Source of the DNA: Toensbergia leucococca
Taxonomy: Eukaryota
Assembly: GCA_022813965.1 (NCBI GenBank)
Contig: JALDZS010000022.1
Location: 1 to 64,000 of the forward strand
Reading direction: 5' to 3'
Length of the DNA stretch: 64,000 bases
The stretch's first letter is position 1; each line of letters opens with the position of its first letter. A program made the translations under genes and the position numbers. Below the pieces are notes generated by a model. It was not told the origin of the DNA. It did no database searches and saw nothing but the letters and a program-made list of their open reading frames with translations. Shown piece after piece: positions 23,190-38,694 of this stretch.

Positions 23190-24794
23190 TTAATTCATCT
23201 GCTTGATAAGCGCATTGATCTTATCCTCCCGATTCCCCAAATCACCCCCCTCGACAAAATGCTTAAACTTCCTCGTCCGAAACCCACCGGTGGGATTGCT
23301 CAGCTTGAACGGCCACAAAAAGTTACTCGCCTGCTTGAAATTCGGCCCGACGGTGAAAATCTCATGGATCAGATCCTCCATGCACACGATGCCGAACTTG
23401 CCCAAGCTGCCCTCGACGAGGGCGTTGTCGGTCAACGGGATGCGGGCTTTGTCGATTTTGCCGTGGCCGCGCTTGTAGATGAGGTCGCGGACGGTTTTGA
23501 GGGAGGGAAACCCGTAGGCGATGTAGGGTTCGACTATTTTGAGCATTTCCGAGGTGGCTTTTGTGAGGCGGATGAAGGTGCCGTTGTTGATTTGGAGGAG
23601 GCGGAGGAGTTGGAGGATTTTTCGGGGTTTGGGGGCGATTTTGTTGATGCTGTGATAAGGAGTTTTGTTAGTTGTCGTGGTTGAGGCTGGGGGGGGGGGG
23701 ATCTTTACCCTTTGATGCGGACGACGAAGACGAGTTTGGGCTCGGCGGGCACGTAGTAGGTTCCTTCTTGCTTGCTAAGGCGGGAGAGGCGAATCTTCTC
23801 GCGCTCGGCGTCGCGGTATTCTTTTACGTAGGATTCGGCGCGCTTGAAGATGACGCCGCGTTTTTCTTTTTGGGCCTAGGGAAGGGGATGCTGTCAATGG
23901 ATTGGGATTTTAGAGGAGAGTGCTGATAGGGTAGTGCATTTTGATATCTCTTCTTTGTGACGATTCAGACCCGAAAGATAGTTAATGTATGCGACAGCAT
24001 CGACCCGGAAGTCTAGTCGCTGGTATGGTCTTTGTCATCACCATCGTCTCCTACCCTTCCTCCTTGACAGAATTGCGGCAATGGGATGCAAATGTAAAAG
24101 ACTGGGACGCTAACCTTCTTCTTCTTCTCGTACTCGGCCGAACGCTCCTCACGCTGCTTCTCCTGGCTCTTGCGCTTCTTGAGCAGAGTCTCCGGGACGA
24201 GAATCTGGTCTTCGGTTGGCACGGTACTGTAGGCATCCAAGAGGAGAAAAGGGTCAGTATAGTCTGTCCGCTAAGAGAATGTCATAGTTACGCCGAGTAG
24301 AGAATTGCAGCTTTGGCGCGGCATTCTGGGACTGGAGCTTGGACTCGACGGAATGGATTTGATCGGTGAGAGTGAGGCTTTTGCTGTACTGGGCTGGGTC
24401 CGAAGACCAGCAGCTTTTCGCGCATTGCACCGATGATCTCATCCGACAATACCTCAAGCTAAGCTCGAGAGAGATACGCGCACTTATAGGAGCCTTTATT
24501 GCACCAGCGAATACTGTGGTACTGCTGGACGAAGGTCGAGTGCGGCACTAGTTTTCAAGGAGAAGAGTAATGTCTTCAGCCTCAAGACCCCATAGTCCAA
24601 TCACAACAAGCCAATTGGAGTAATTGATTTGTAGATACGGACTTGCGGGAGGTATCGAGCTGGTGCTATCGCCTTGCCCGAAGACAAATGTGCGGCGGAG
24701 CCAGCGAGCAGACGACCATACGGGGTTGCAGATGAAGATATCAAGAGGAGAAGATCGAGGGAACTGCATACGTCTTGACCTGTTTGTGAGACAT
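23190..24794 (-). CDS. RPL7: 60S ribosomal protein L7 (uL30), 4 exons
   Basis: Exon 1 accgtcaagATG-TCTCACAAACAGGTCAAGAC (24794-24772) joins in phase to [20 protein letters not shown]-terminal [14 protein letters not shown] and [11 protein letters not shown]...GGDLGNRE motifs. Confidence 0.95.
23959..24048 (-). ncRNA. Box C/D snoRNA in RPL7 intron 2 (snR39/snR39B-like; predicted target 25S rRNA Gm805 equivalent)
   Basis: Box C GTGATGA (24041-24035), box D CTGA (23968-23965), 6-bp terminal stem GACGAT/ATCGTC, guide ACTATCTTTCGGGT complementary (one G-U) to conserved LSU rRNA ACCCGAAAGAUGGU. Confidence 0.88.
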
Positions 24795-24899
24795 CTTGAC
24801 GGTTTCCGTGGACGTCAAGATGTGGTTGTGGTCGTGATTGTCGATATGGGATGATCTCAGTTCGTCGTGCAATGCGAGCCGTGAAAAGTTGTGTGAGAC

Positions 24900-24911
24900 G
24901 CTAAGGGCTTT
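24900..24911 (-). promoter_or_regulatory. AGCCCT(T)AG ribosomal-protein-promoter-like motif upstream of RPL7
   Basis: AAGCCCTTAGC on the minus strand ~110 bp upstream of the RPL7 ATG; resembles the AGCCCTAA motif of filamentous-fungal RP promoters. Confidence 0.35.
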
Positions 24912-25067
24912 CGCTTGTCCGTGATGCGCTAATCCAAAAATGGTAACAAGCTTCAGTGTGGGGTGGGGCCGAGGCCATATCGACCTCTCCAACATTCAAA
25001 CGTTATTACTCCTTGAATTTACAAAACTCAAATACAGTCTTTACCGTCACTATTAAATCCCACCATT

Positions 25068-25991
25068 ATGTGTACCTCCAAAGCCACCATCCCCCGCCGC
25101 AGCGTGGGCATTTCCGCCCTCCGCAACCGCACCACCCTTTCCAAATCCTTCGCAACAATGGGCGACTCACTCCGCAGCCAAGAGCTCAACGCCCTCAGAA
25201 CCCAGCTCTCCGTCGCTCAAGCTCAGTGCTACCAGTTTGCCCTCAAGCACGCTGAAGCCATCAAACTCAGCCCCGAGGTACGGAGCAAGTTTACCAGCGT
25301 CTGTGATGCCCTGGGTGTGGATCCCATGGCTGCCATTATTGCCAAGGGGGATGGGGATAAGAGTTTAGAGGAGATTGCGCAGTTCTACAACGTGTTGGCT
25401 GTGAGGATTGTGCAGTATTGCAAGGCTACCAGGGATGAGAACGGGGGGTTAATTTCTGTGGAGGATTGCAGGGAGAAAGTGCGAAAGGGGAGGGGGATTG
25501 GCGGGGAGATGAAGATCACCAAGTACGCTTGACCTCTCAAATCACACTGCATCTCCTCCTCGTAAGACCAAAAACCATACCAACCCTCCAAAAACAGCGA
25601 CGACATCCTCCGCGCAGTGGAGCGCCTTAAGCCTCTTGGCAGCGGCTTCTCCATCGTCACAGTCGGCCAAAAACAAATGATCCGCTCCGTCCCCAAAGAA
25701 CTCAGCACAGACCAATCCAAAGTCCTCGAAATAATCAACATCATGGGCTACGGTCCGGTAAGCTGCACCATGCTCGAGGACAATCTCACCTGGGAGCGAG
25801 CGCGCGTGGAGACGGTGCTGCAGGATCTGATGTCGGATTCTCTGATTTGGGTGGATCCGCAGACAGAGGGGGAACCGGAATATTGGTCGCCGGCATACAT
25901 GTATCAGGCTGATCATGATGTTGAGAGCGAGATGGTTGGGGGCCTGCAGCGGATGGAAATCGGAGGGGTGGGCGAGGCCTTGAAGGAATAG
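25068..25991 (+). CDS. SNF8: ESCRT-II subunit Snf8/Vps22-like (EAP30/Vps36 family), 2 exons
   Basis: RRSVGISAL, CDALGVDPM, TRDENGGLIS, DDILRAVERLKPLGSGF, MIRSVPKELSTDQSKVLE and WVDPQ...EYWSP motifs; intron ~25523-25598. Confidence 0.85.
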
Positions 25992-26419
25992 GGGGTGGGG
26001 AATTTTGTATGGGTTTGGCGTTGTGCTAGTTTGCCGCATTTTCAGGTATACCCCGGTGGCTGCTGGAATATTTATGGACATGGACGGCAATATCGCTTGG
26101 AATGGCGCTTTAGGTATCCGTATACCGTCGAGATATCCATAGGGCATGGGATAGATAGACTTAGAGATCGGACCCCTGAGAAGAGCATGGAAGGAATTCT
26201 GACAGAAAACCCACCAACTCGAGAAGCGCGTGCAACCCAAGTTGTTACTACCGGTAGAGCTAGCACTTTCTACTGCTAGTAGACAGTCATAGTCTATCTC
26301 CTGACATTATCCTTACCCCCAGCGTTCATCAGGTCGCTTAGCGCCAGCAATCACTAGACGACATGCCTAGGAATGTACACCTCAATGCATAAAAGCAAAA
26401 ACAATACCGAGCTCACCGT

Positions 26420-29157
26420 CTACGCTTTGATTGCACCGCCAAGCGCACCTCCCCCAAATTGCTGCCCACCTCGTGTCCGTCCTCCACCACGATCACCCCT
26501 CTGGCCCCCTCTACCACCCCTACCACCGCGTCCGCCTCTCCCACCAGGACCACCTTGCCGCTCAAACGCATTCGCCGTACCCTGCGTTCTCTGCTCCAAC
26601 GTCCTCTCATTAGCTTCGATCAGTCCGCTGGCCTTGTCACTAAGTGTGAGTGCCAAGCTCTGTAGGCGTGACAGTTCGACTCCTTTTCGGAAAATGATGG
26701 CACTGTTGACCTGATCTAATGCTGCTGCTAGTTCCTCGTGCGAAATCATTTTGCTGACCACAGCTGCAACCTTCCTCTCTGATAGCTCAAACATCGATGC
26801 GAGTGTGCTGACAGCAAGTGTGTCGTAGAATGGAGCGTACGTGAATAGATACGTTCGTAGTCCCTCCTCTTGAATCTGCTCCGAAAGCATGGTCTTAATC
26901 TTGTCCGGCTGCGCCATCAATTCCCAGATCTTGATGGAATTGATTAGGTCTGCTGCTTTCTTCCACTCGCCCGCTGCCAATGCTCGGGATGCTTGCATGA
27001 CATGGTCCCGGGTATTCTCAGGAGGTCCAGTGAAGATTTGGCGTTCGTGGAACTCGAGAAGACGACGATATGTCTTGCTTATAATTCGCTTCTTTATGTC
27101 CGGAGATGAGCCTGTTTGCGCGAGTAATGGAATCTCTAGTAGCATGGAACAGGTTAAATACACGCATTCAAGGAGCTCGAGGTTGATGTGCATGTGAAAA
27201 GGTAGTTGTCGCTGCCTCTCTAATCGCTCCTGCTCTGGTGTGACTTGTGAGTATCTTTGAATCATTACACCTTGTGCTAAGAGCTCCTTTTGTCTACCGC
27301 TGCCACATATTTCCTGCAGTGTATTCTGTGACTCATAAACAAGGCCAGCCCTGAAAGCGCAAAGACCAACCTGTACGAGGGTGCGATTAAAGAGAATTTG
27401 GGTATTGATATTGAAATTGCCAATGGTCTCTTGCAAATGAGACATTAGTAGCATATCGCGAGCACGGTAGTATTGATCGTGGAGCGCAAAATAATAGACT
27501 TGGCACAGATAGGCTCGTGCACGAATTATGTCGACGCTGTATTTGAACAAGTACGTGCTCAGTGTTTGAACAAGGGCAGCTGTGTCCGAGGCCTTGCCAC
27601 GAGGGGTGATCTCCGAATCGAGCTGAGATGGTATAGCCTTCCAAGAGGTTTCTTCAAGGATGTTAACCACCGCCGAAGGCTGCCAGATGCGTTAGTGTCG
27701 CATTCTTTCTGCAAGACATACTGTTGCGTACCTTGAAGTATATGTGTTCTAGCCTCCTCATGACTACTCTATTTGCACCATCTTGAGATGTCTCAAGCGC
27801 AGCGTCCTTTTTCAAGTCTTCAACATACAGTAAGCTACGGACAATATTGGTATAAAGCGCTTGTTCATCGCTTAACCTCTCAATGTATTCTGCAGTGTGA
27901 GGATCAATATGCTGAAGTGATCGAGTGAGCTCATCATCAAGTCGTTCAACGATTGAGACGATGCTACCGGGGATGCGAAGCTTCTCGCCAGCAGCAGGCT
28001 GTGGTGGTTTCTCGTCATCTTCCCACTCCTCGGCATTTTCAACAACAACCATGCTACGGTTGCCCTCAAGGACTTCCAGAAGCATACCAAGTTCATGCTC
28101 CGCCCTACCCATATAGATTAGGCTTAGCAATTCATGATTTATTGGGGTCTCTTACATCTTCCATTGCTCTTGGGTCATGAAAGTGGCAGCTGAGCCAGAT
28201 GTCAAGTCAAAGCGTGTAGATATTACCGTCAGTAGGACGCGGGCTGTCTGGTAAGGGGTCGTAGCGACCTCAAGTAATTTCTCCATTACCCTGATCTGCT
28301 CAGCTCGGTCCGTATTCTTTTTCCCTCGCGATTCAATGATCAAGCGTAAATGCTTGAAAATGCTTTCCGGCGTGTATTGTAAGGTCTTGCCCCCACGGCC
28401 CACGGTGGAGAAGCCCTCGTCGTCACCAATGTCTATACCATCCGCATAAGAAGCCTTGGGTTTCCTAGTCTTCTCGACAGGGATGATTTCCTCTTCCTCA
28501 TCGGACATCATATAATCTACTTTGTCCTCCCGATACTTGTCGACCTCCGCAGCGTAATCTTTATTATTTCTCTTTATTTTTTGCTTCATGGCATTCAGAC
28601 CTTTGGCATTGGTAGCGTTCATCTTCTTGGTCGAAACCTTCTGTTTTGCGATGGTCTCATTCATGAAGTCCTCCAGGTCAGCTATTGTTTTGATGTAGAT
28701 TTTTGGCGTCTTGTCTTGAGCCGTCATCTTGACAACCTGCCGGTTAAGCCTGTCGAAATCTAGCACACATAGCAATATTAGCGTCGCTGTCCACTTTTGA
28801 TGATCTAGCCTGACCTGTAGATATTGAGCTCCAGTCATTGATTTTCTCTGCGTTTTCGATGAGCTTTACGACGCCCTCTAGCTCCTCCAATCTCTTGTCT
28901 TTCGCACTCTTGACGATAGTGACTTTGTCCTCATCCTCGCTCTCGTCACTCGATGCCGTGTCCTTCAAAAACTTCGAGACTCCTGATTTGCCGCCCTCGT
29001 CAGAGGAAGAGGAGGAATCTTGGTCGTCTGAGCCATCTTGGTCGTCACTGGATTCTTCCTCGGACTTTTGAACAGCCTCTTCTTCACTATAGAGTTCTTC
29101 CTCGTCTGAGGAACTACTCTCGCTGGAGCTGTCGGCTGCAGTAAAAAATCGAGACAT
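26420..29157 (-). CDS. NIP1: Eukaryotic translation initiation factor 3 subunit C, 4 exons
   Basis: MSRFF + acidic Ser-rich N-terminus, [29 protein letters not shown] domain, RGG tail. Confidence 0.96.
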
Positions 29158-29611
29158 TCTAACGTTCTGGGGCGAGCAAAGTAAAGCACGGTTGTCTTGA
29201 GTGTCGAGCTCGACGACTTGTGCGGCGAAACTTTAAGCGAACTGTGCACTTATTTTCACGGCGAGAAATCAATTAGCGTGCCACAATTAAACACGAAAAC
29301 CACAAGGTAAGGTAGTCAATACGGAGTACGAGTATCTCATGAACAACTTTGAGCTGATTAGATGAAGTTCTCATCAAACAGCTATCATTATTTATAAAGA
29401 GCTAAAGCTCTGAAGTCCTGTAGTCAGGCGAGGTAAAGAAATGAGACCTGTTCAAAAAAAACCCCCAACCCCCGATCTCTGAGATCTGTACTCCGTACTG
29501 CGTACGGATATCTCAGAACCCAGACAAATGTTATTCCAGCTTTAGTGCTCATCTCTCGTGTTTTCTGTAGTCTTTTAATCTAGCGTATCAAGTGCTTCCT
29601 CCAAGAATAAG

Positions 29612-30737
29612 ATGTGGTCCACTACGACAGCTACACGAATAGCTTCTGTGCCACCTCACGAACTAGCATTGTCTTCCAAAGAGCTGCCTAATCTGCGGTC
29701 AAATTATGGCAACAACGTTCATCCCTCCTCTGCTGGTTGGATGCGGCCCACAGCACTGACTACACCTTTGGAGGAAATAAGGAAGCGGTTCGAAGTCGAC
29801 GGTTATGTCTGGATCAAAAGGTTGATACCGCGAGAGGATGTATATGACATGCGAGAGCAGTATGTCTATGTGGCATTGAGAGTGACAATTTACTCGACGA
29901 GCCTAGCCTGTGCATTGACATGATGCAGTTATTTTAGACAATTTGCACACACGGGTATTCTTCTTCCGAATACCTCCCCTCGCGATGGAATCTTTGATTC
30001 TGCCAGCAACCCTCTCATCCACCAAGGCATAGGCGGAGCTCCTGAGCAGGCAGCTCTTGTGTTACTTGATGCAGCTCATACTACACCGGAGTATCGAGCA
30101 TTCGTCAAACACCCTAATCTACGGAGCTTCATTCGTGACTTCATGGGTTGGAAAGAAGAGGTGATGGTCGAGCGGGCTATGCTTCGACATAACTGTCCCC
30201 ATAGTCTGAGTACTGGTACGTAATTTTGCCTATCAGCAGCCGGCGAAATGGAGTCAATTTTTACTTTTGATCATAGGTATTCACTATGATCAATACTTCC
30301 TACGAGCAGGTAAAGCAGAGTTTCTCACGGGCTGGGTACCGATCGGAGATTGCTCCGCAGACGGAGGCGGATTGATGTATTTGGAGAACAGTACAACACT
30401 AGGAAAAGGCATGGAGGATGAGTTCATGCACATGGCAAAAAACCTCAGTCACGAAGAACGTAACAATGCCTTCAACAAGTATATGAACAAAGATGGGTTC
30501 CTATGCCATGATGCAGAAGAGTTTCGGAGAGCTCAAGCAAAAGAATCAAGCTGGTTGGTCGGGGATTATGAGGCTGGTGACGTTGTTTTTCATAATCCTT
30601 ATATGATTCACGCAGCCACGAAGAACGAAGATAAGTTTGGCCGGATCAGGCTGGCATCAGATCTGAGGTTCTATGAAAAGGGAGCTGCTTTGGACGAACG
30701 TTGGATGAAGCTGTGGCGGCATGATGATGGGTTGTAG
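29612..30737 (+). CDS. Phytanoyl-CoA dioxygenase (PhyH)-family Fe(II)/2-oxoglutarate dioxygenase, 3 exons
   Basis: RFEVDGYVWIKRLIPREDV; HxD motif IHYDQYF; WVPIGDC...GGLMYL; AGDVVFHNPYMIHAA; RLASDLRF. Confidence 0.88.
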
Positions 30738-31949
30738 GCTGATTGGTAGCAGTGTTGTGATGCTATCCAGATAGATTTGAGTGAGTTATGTCTTCCTGGT
30801 GGCTTTGGAGTGCGTCTTCGTTCTTTCGAGTTGCTCTACAAAGAACAAGTATCGAGATGTTTGTCCGAGTAATTGAGCATCATCAGGAGTGTTTCAGGCT
30901 ATTTTGAAAAGTGAGCGAATCGGCATAGGTTGACGTTTCAATTCGACCAGCGTACCCCAAATCCAACCCGTCCGAAATACGACATTCTATCCTAGCTATT
31001 CATTTTCTACGAAAGAGAAGATGTGCTTGGGTGCGAGCGCTACTTCTCACCCTCATATTGGGGTTTCATACAACATCAAGGACGAAGCAATGCGTTACCA
31101 ATTTGTCATGCTACTGTTACTTATCTACCACGAATCTGATTCCTGACAGACCCTTTCAATCATAGGATGCGGCTCATGGTGTCCTGTTACTATCCAGGAA
31201 ACCGTTGAGAGATCCATGTCTGAGGTACGAGAATCATTTCCTCACAACCAGTACCGGTATCTACGGTGTCATGGATGAGAATATAATTGATGAGGTTCCA
31301 GTATTATATCAAATAATGCTCTTAGTTTTTTCATAAGAAACAAATACTGAATTCATATCCACGGATTCTCATGCCTATTTGGCATATATTCACATAAAAC
31401 GGAAGATAGAAACACAACAATGTCACGAACATTGTGCCACCTTAGTCGGGCTCAACCATAGCTTTCAAAAGAAGGTGGATGCAGTTCCTCCGTGTTTGAA
31501 TGTTCAACTAACGCAAATTCTAATCTGTGACTTATGCTGACTTTGTTGATAATCCTTTCCAAACAGACAAGCTTTGATACAGGTATGGGTACTGAGCAAG
31601 ATTGTTCAAGACTAAGACGAATGCCTGATGTCTGAAAGCATGATGTTAGCATGATGTTGCTAGTATACATGATCTGGAGCTGCACGCCTTGAGAATAGAA
31701 ACACAAATCAACACCTGTGCAAAAGATACCTTGTCTAGTGAAATGTGCAGTTGAAGACCCGTCACGATAGGAATTTACCCTGCAAAAAAGTGTCTAGAAG
31801 TCAGCAAACTACTGACGATGAGGAAGTAAAAGGATAGGTTATAAGAGCTGAATGTATTGGGTAAACGATTCGCTCTTATAGTTTATAGAAAACCCTTGAA
31901 GAGACGGATATTCATTCAAAAACTATACTAACCTTTCTGCGTGATCTTC

Positions 31950-32910
31950 CTATCGAGGTAGCATCTGTGCGAAAACCAGGCTCGGTGGTCGATCATGCGG
32001 AGACGTACGTATCGCGGCATGGATCGTGTCGTTCAGAAAATCCGAGTAACTGTCTCTGACTCCACAGAAAGCTCTCACCCCATCAATGCTCGGTCCCAGA
32101 AGACAGGTTACTTGAGCGACCGTTCCCATACTCCATACATCGCTGGCAATGCCGAATGACGGTGCTTCCGGTGGACGCCAGAAGGGATCCACCTTGAGGA
32201 ATGGACGGCCTCCCGAGCGGCCCTCGTCAAGACGCATAGCTCGCCCAAATTCACCCAGCATCACTCGAGGAATAGCACCAGGGTGTTTCACGCTAAGGAA
32301 GAGGTTCGCCGGCTTGATATCTCGATGAACGACACCAACCCAGTGACCGGATGGCGTTTCGCCAGATGCCGCGTCCAGAACCCCGTAATGGCAATAAGCA
32401 ACGGCGCTGGCCAACTGCTTCAATATTTCCCACACCGCCCCTTCTTTGAGTCTTATTCCCTTGTTATCGTGCTCCTGCCTCCTTCAACATGCTGTCCAGT
32501 GTACCACGATTGCAGAGATCCATGTAATTGCTTGCCTGAGGAATTGGCGCGCTCAGATCGACAAACGCATGGATGTATTCCGTGATGTTCCTGTGGTAGA
32601 GCCGCCGTAAATGAAGGGTTTCATTGTCCGCTGTGCCGTCCACGATATCTCCGGGCAAAAATCGCTTCTCGACGAACTCCTTGCCATCTGCGTACCGCCT
32701 CACTACGTACACGCCTGCGTTATGACGCCCAGTGCCGCATATCGTAGCTACAACCTCGAACGCATCATCAAGAGGACCATGGCTCGATTCTGGACGTCCC
32801 CACGGCAGCTTGAGTATTCTCAGTGTTGAGAGAAAGATAGAACAGAATGTCGAAAGAGGACCCTTCGAACCAAGAGAGAGGAAGCTATGGAAAGGTACGA
32901 TCCCGTCCAA
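31950..32910 (-). pseudogene. Frameshifted Ser/Thr protein kinase (NEK/NIMA-like) pseudogene
   Basis: N-lobe (FVEKRF...HRNITEYIHAF...YMDLCNRGTL) and C-lobe (VWEILKQLASAVAYCH, HRDIKPANLFL, SDVWSMG) are in different frames with no intron between them; DFG is replaced by EFG. Confidence 0.75.
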
Positions 32911-34647
32911 AGACGTCCCTAGTACAAACCTGCAGTCGAATGCCCAGTCTGCAAAATGAAGTGAGAGACACGTATGAAGAGGCGAATATATTCACCACCG
33001 AGTGATGAGTCAACTCAACAACAGCTGAACCAAATCCACCCGTTAGATTCATCAAACAACACATAGACGTGGGGAATAAGTGTTGAATACCCATATTCAA
33101 GCCCTCTCTCAGGAACAAGATCTAGGACCACCGTGCCTTATTCTTAAATACATCTCATACCAGGGAGACATGAGACAAAGAAAGAAAAGAAGCTATACAC
33201 AAACACCTCACAAATCCCCTCATCAACACACGACTCAATTCCCCCCCCCCCAACCCAAAAAGAGAGAAAAAAAAAGAACTCAGATTCAGCTGACACAAAC
33301 CCATCCTCAATTCACATACATCAGCACAACATAGAACAAAACCTCACAACAGCATCCCATCCATTCATCAAGCATTGAACAACCATTCAAACCTCATCAA
33401 AAATCTCAAAGAACTTAGTACCCTCTCCCCCCCCTCAAAAAACCCCTCTCTCAAAAGCAACTCCCCTAAACCCCAAGACAAAAAAGGAAAAAGAAAAAAA
33501 AGAGTTCAAAATCAAAAGAAAAAGAAAAAAGAGCCAAAAAACAAACTCAACGCATCCAACCAAACCCATACTATCAAAAAAATCTCCCCCCCTAAAAAAA
33601 ACAAAACAATTCAGTCTCCTTCCCACAACCCGAATAAACCCCCCATCTCAAGTCCCAAAAAAAAAGATCAATCCATCACCAATCAAAAATCCTTAATACA
33701 TGAAAAAAAAAATATTCACAAATAGGTAGATGATACATTATACAAGCCAACAAGGGAGGGGGGGCGGGGCCCTTTCAGATTAATAACACCCTTATGAAAT
33801 CACCGCAAAAAAAAGGGGTGGGGAGGGGGGGCGTAAGGCGGATGGAGGCTAGGATGGTAATCAGACCAATGTAGGTAGTTTTTCTGCTCCACCCCCCCTC
33901 AAAGTAGTGTCTCTGATGCACAAAAAAATTCTCAAAGACGATCGAGGGCAGATAAGACGCCACAAACCCGGGGGGGGGTGAGGCGGTGAAGTTTCATTCC
34001 CCAGTCCAACATGGATTGTTACAAATCCATTCTACAAATCATGCGGGCACCTTACGCTCGATTATAGGAACAGCCATGCCAAATAGAGACGGGGTTCTGT
34101 ATCTAACTGCACCCCAAAAAAAGCTAGCACACTGAAGCTACGGAAGGGTACCTGCACTACCTCCAAGACCCTGCACCGAAAATGCACAGTACTCGTGGCT
34201 GAAGTCAGCTATCGAGGACACAAGCAACTTGCAGTCCAGGTTCAGTCACACCCAGTCCCATCCATTAGAAAGACTAGGGATCTGAGACGCAGATCAGCTC
34301 CCAGCGTAGACCAAAAAGGGGTGGTGGCCAAAAAGTACGTTTCAGACTTTTGGGCTCGAGGTCGGAACGGTTTGGAGAACGAGGGCGCTGGTAGATGACT
34401 GGGAGAATCAGCACGAGGATCTGAAACGCCGTGGCAGATAGCCTGACGGCTGAGTTCCCGCGCCAGTGCGCTCAGTGCGTCATACTGTCCGTATAGGTAA
34501 TACTCAGTCGGCAATGCGTCCTCGCTGCGCATCCTGCGTTCTGGAAGCAGTCGAACCTGCTGAAAGCTCTTCAAGGTAAGCGCATCAGAGCGCAAACACA
34601 ATGAGTGAGATATTGTACCATATAAAGTAGGCTGCTCCTTCTCCAGT

Positions 34648-37716
<3,069 letters not shown>

Positions 37717-38694
37717 GTTAAGTGTACGAATCCTGATAATTGGAGTATTCAGGATGTAATATTGAGAGCACACAGATACTGTCTAATGTGTAGAGAAATC
37801 AGAACAAAAGCAAGCGCCTGCCTCGAGTAGCGCGCGTAGGTAGACTGCGCTGGCAACGTGGGGACGCCCCGAAGCAGGGTGATTGCGAAGGTTCACGATT
37901 CGATTACCCGAAAGCATTCGCAAAAATCTTTGCTGGCTCGGCGTGGTCAAGGTGACGGAGCAGTCCTACCAGCCAATAAGGTGAGGGCAGGAATCCAACG
38001 AAGCTGTACGGTGCCAAAACAGAAACGCCTAATGCTCCTGAGAATCCAGTGGGCTGTGCCTTCGTGGTCAGTTGAAGAGGTGTCTCAGAGGCCGGGGAAG
38101 AGGATATTGCGATGTTACAGATCGAATAAATTGAAGAACGGAGGACAGTGGACTGGACCAGGCTACCAATGGAACGACACTGGCTATGCTTGGGTATTAC
38201 GATAAGCAATCTGAATTCAAAGACCCAATCTCAGTCATGGTGAACAAAGAGGTCGTAATGGCTATTCGCAGGTAAACTATTGCATGAATTGGCAGCGTCA
38301 CTTAAGAGTCTTAGGTCGTCGTAGGAAATGCAGCTTGGAATGGTGGAGGTATCTTTTAGCGTTGAGGATTAGGCGGCATTCGGGCCGCTGAAGCCCTAGA
38401 GTCATTATGAAATACTCCAGTCATGATGTATCACTTTGAGTCCTCACAGTTACCTAAACCTCTCTTGAAGCTTTCATACACACTTATGTAGCTCTTAGAA
38501 TCGCTCTTACAACTTAGCATTCTTCATGGGCCAACAACGCGCCGTCTATGTGGACATATGTGAAGGGATTGATGAACTAAGGCCTGATCCAGTTATACAA
38601 TGGGCAATTTAGCAAGGCCACCCTGACGGACAGGCAGTGAAAACATGAACAGTCCATGATACACTGAACGAGACGTCATTTATTTTTGGGCATT

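Noticed and set aside
33375..33725. Lys-rich 116-aa ORF
   Set aside because: Artefact of the A/C-rich low-complexity tract; non-ATG start
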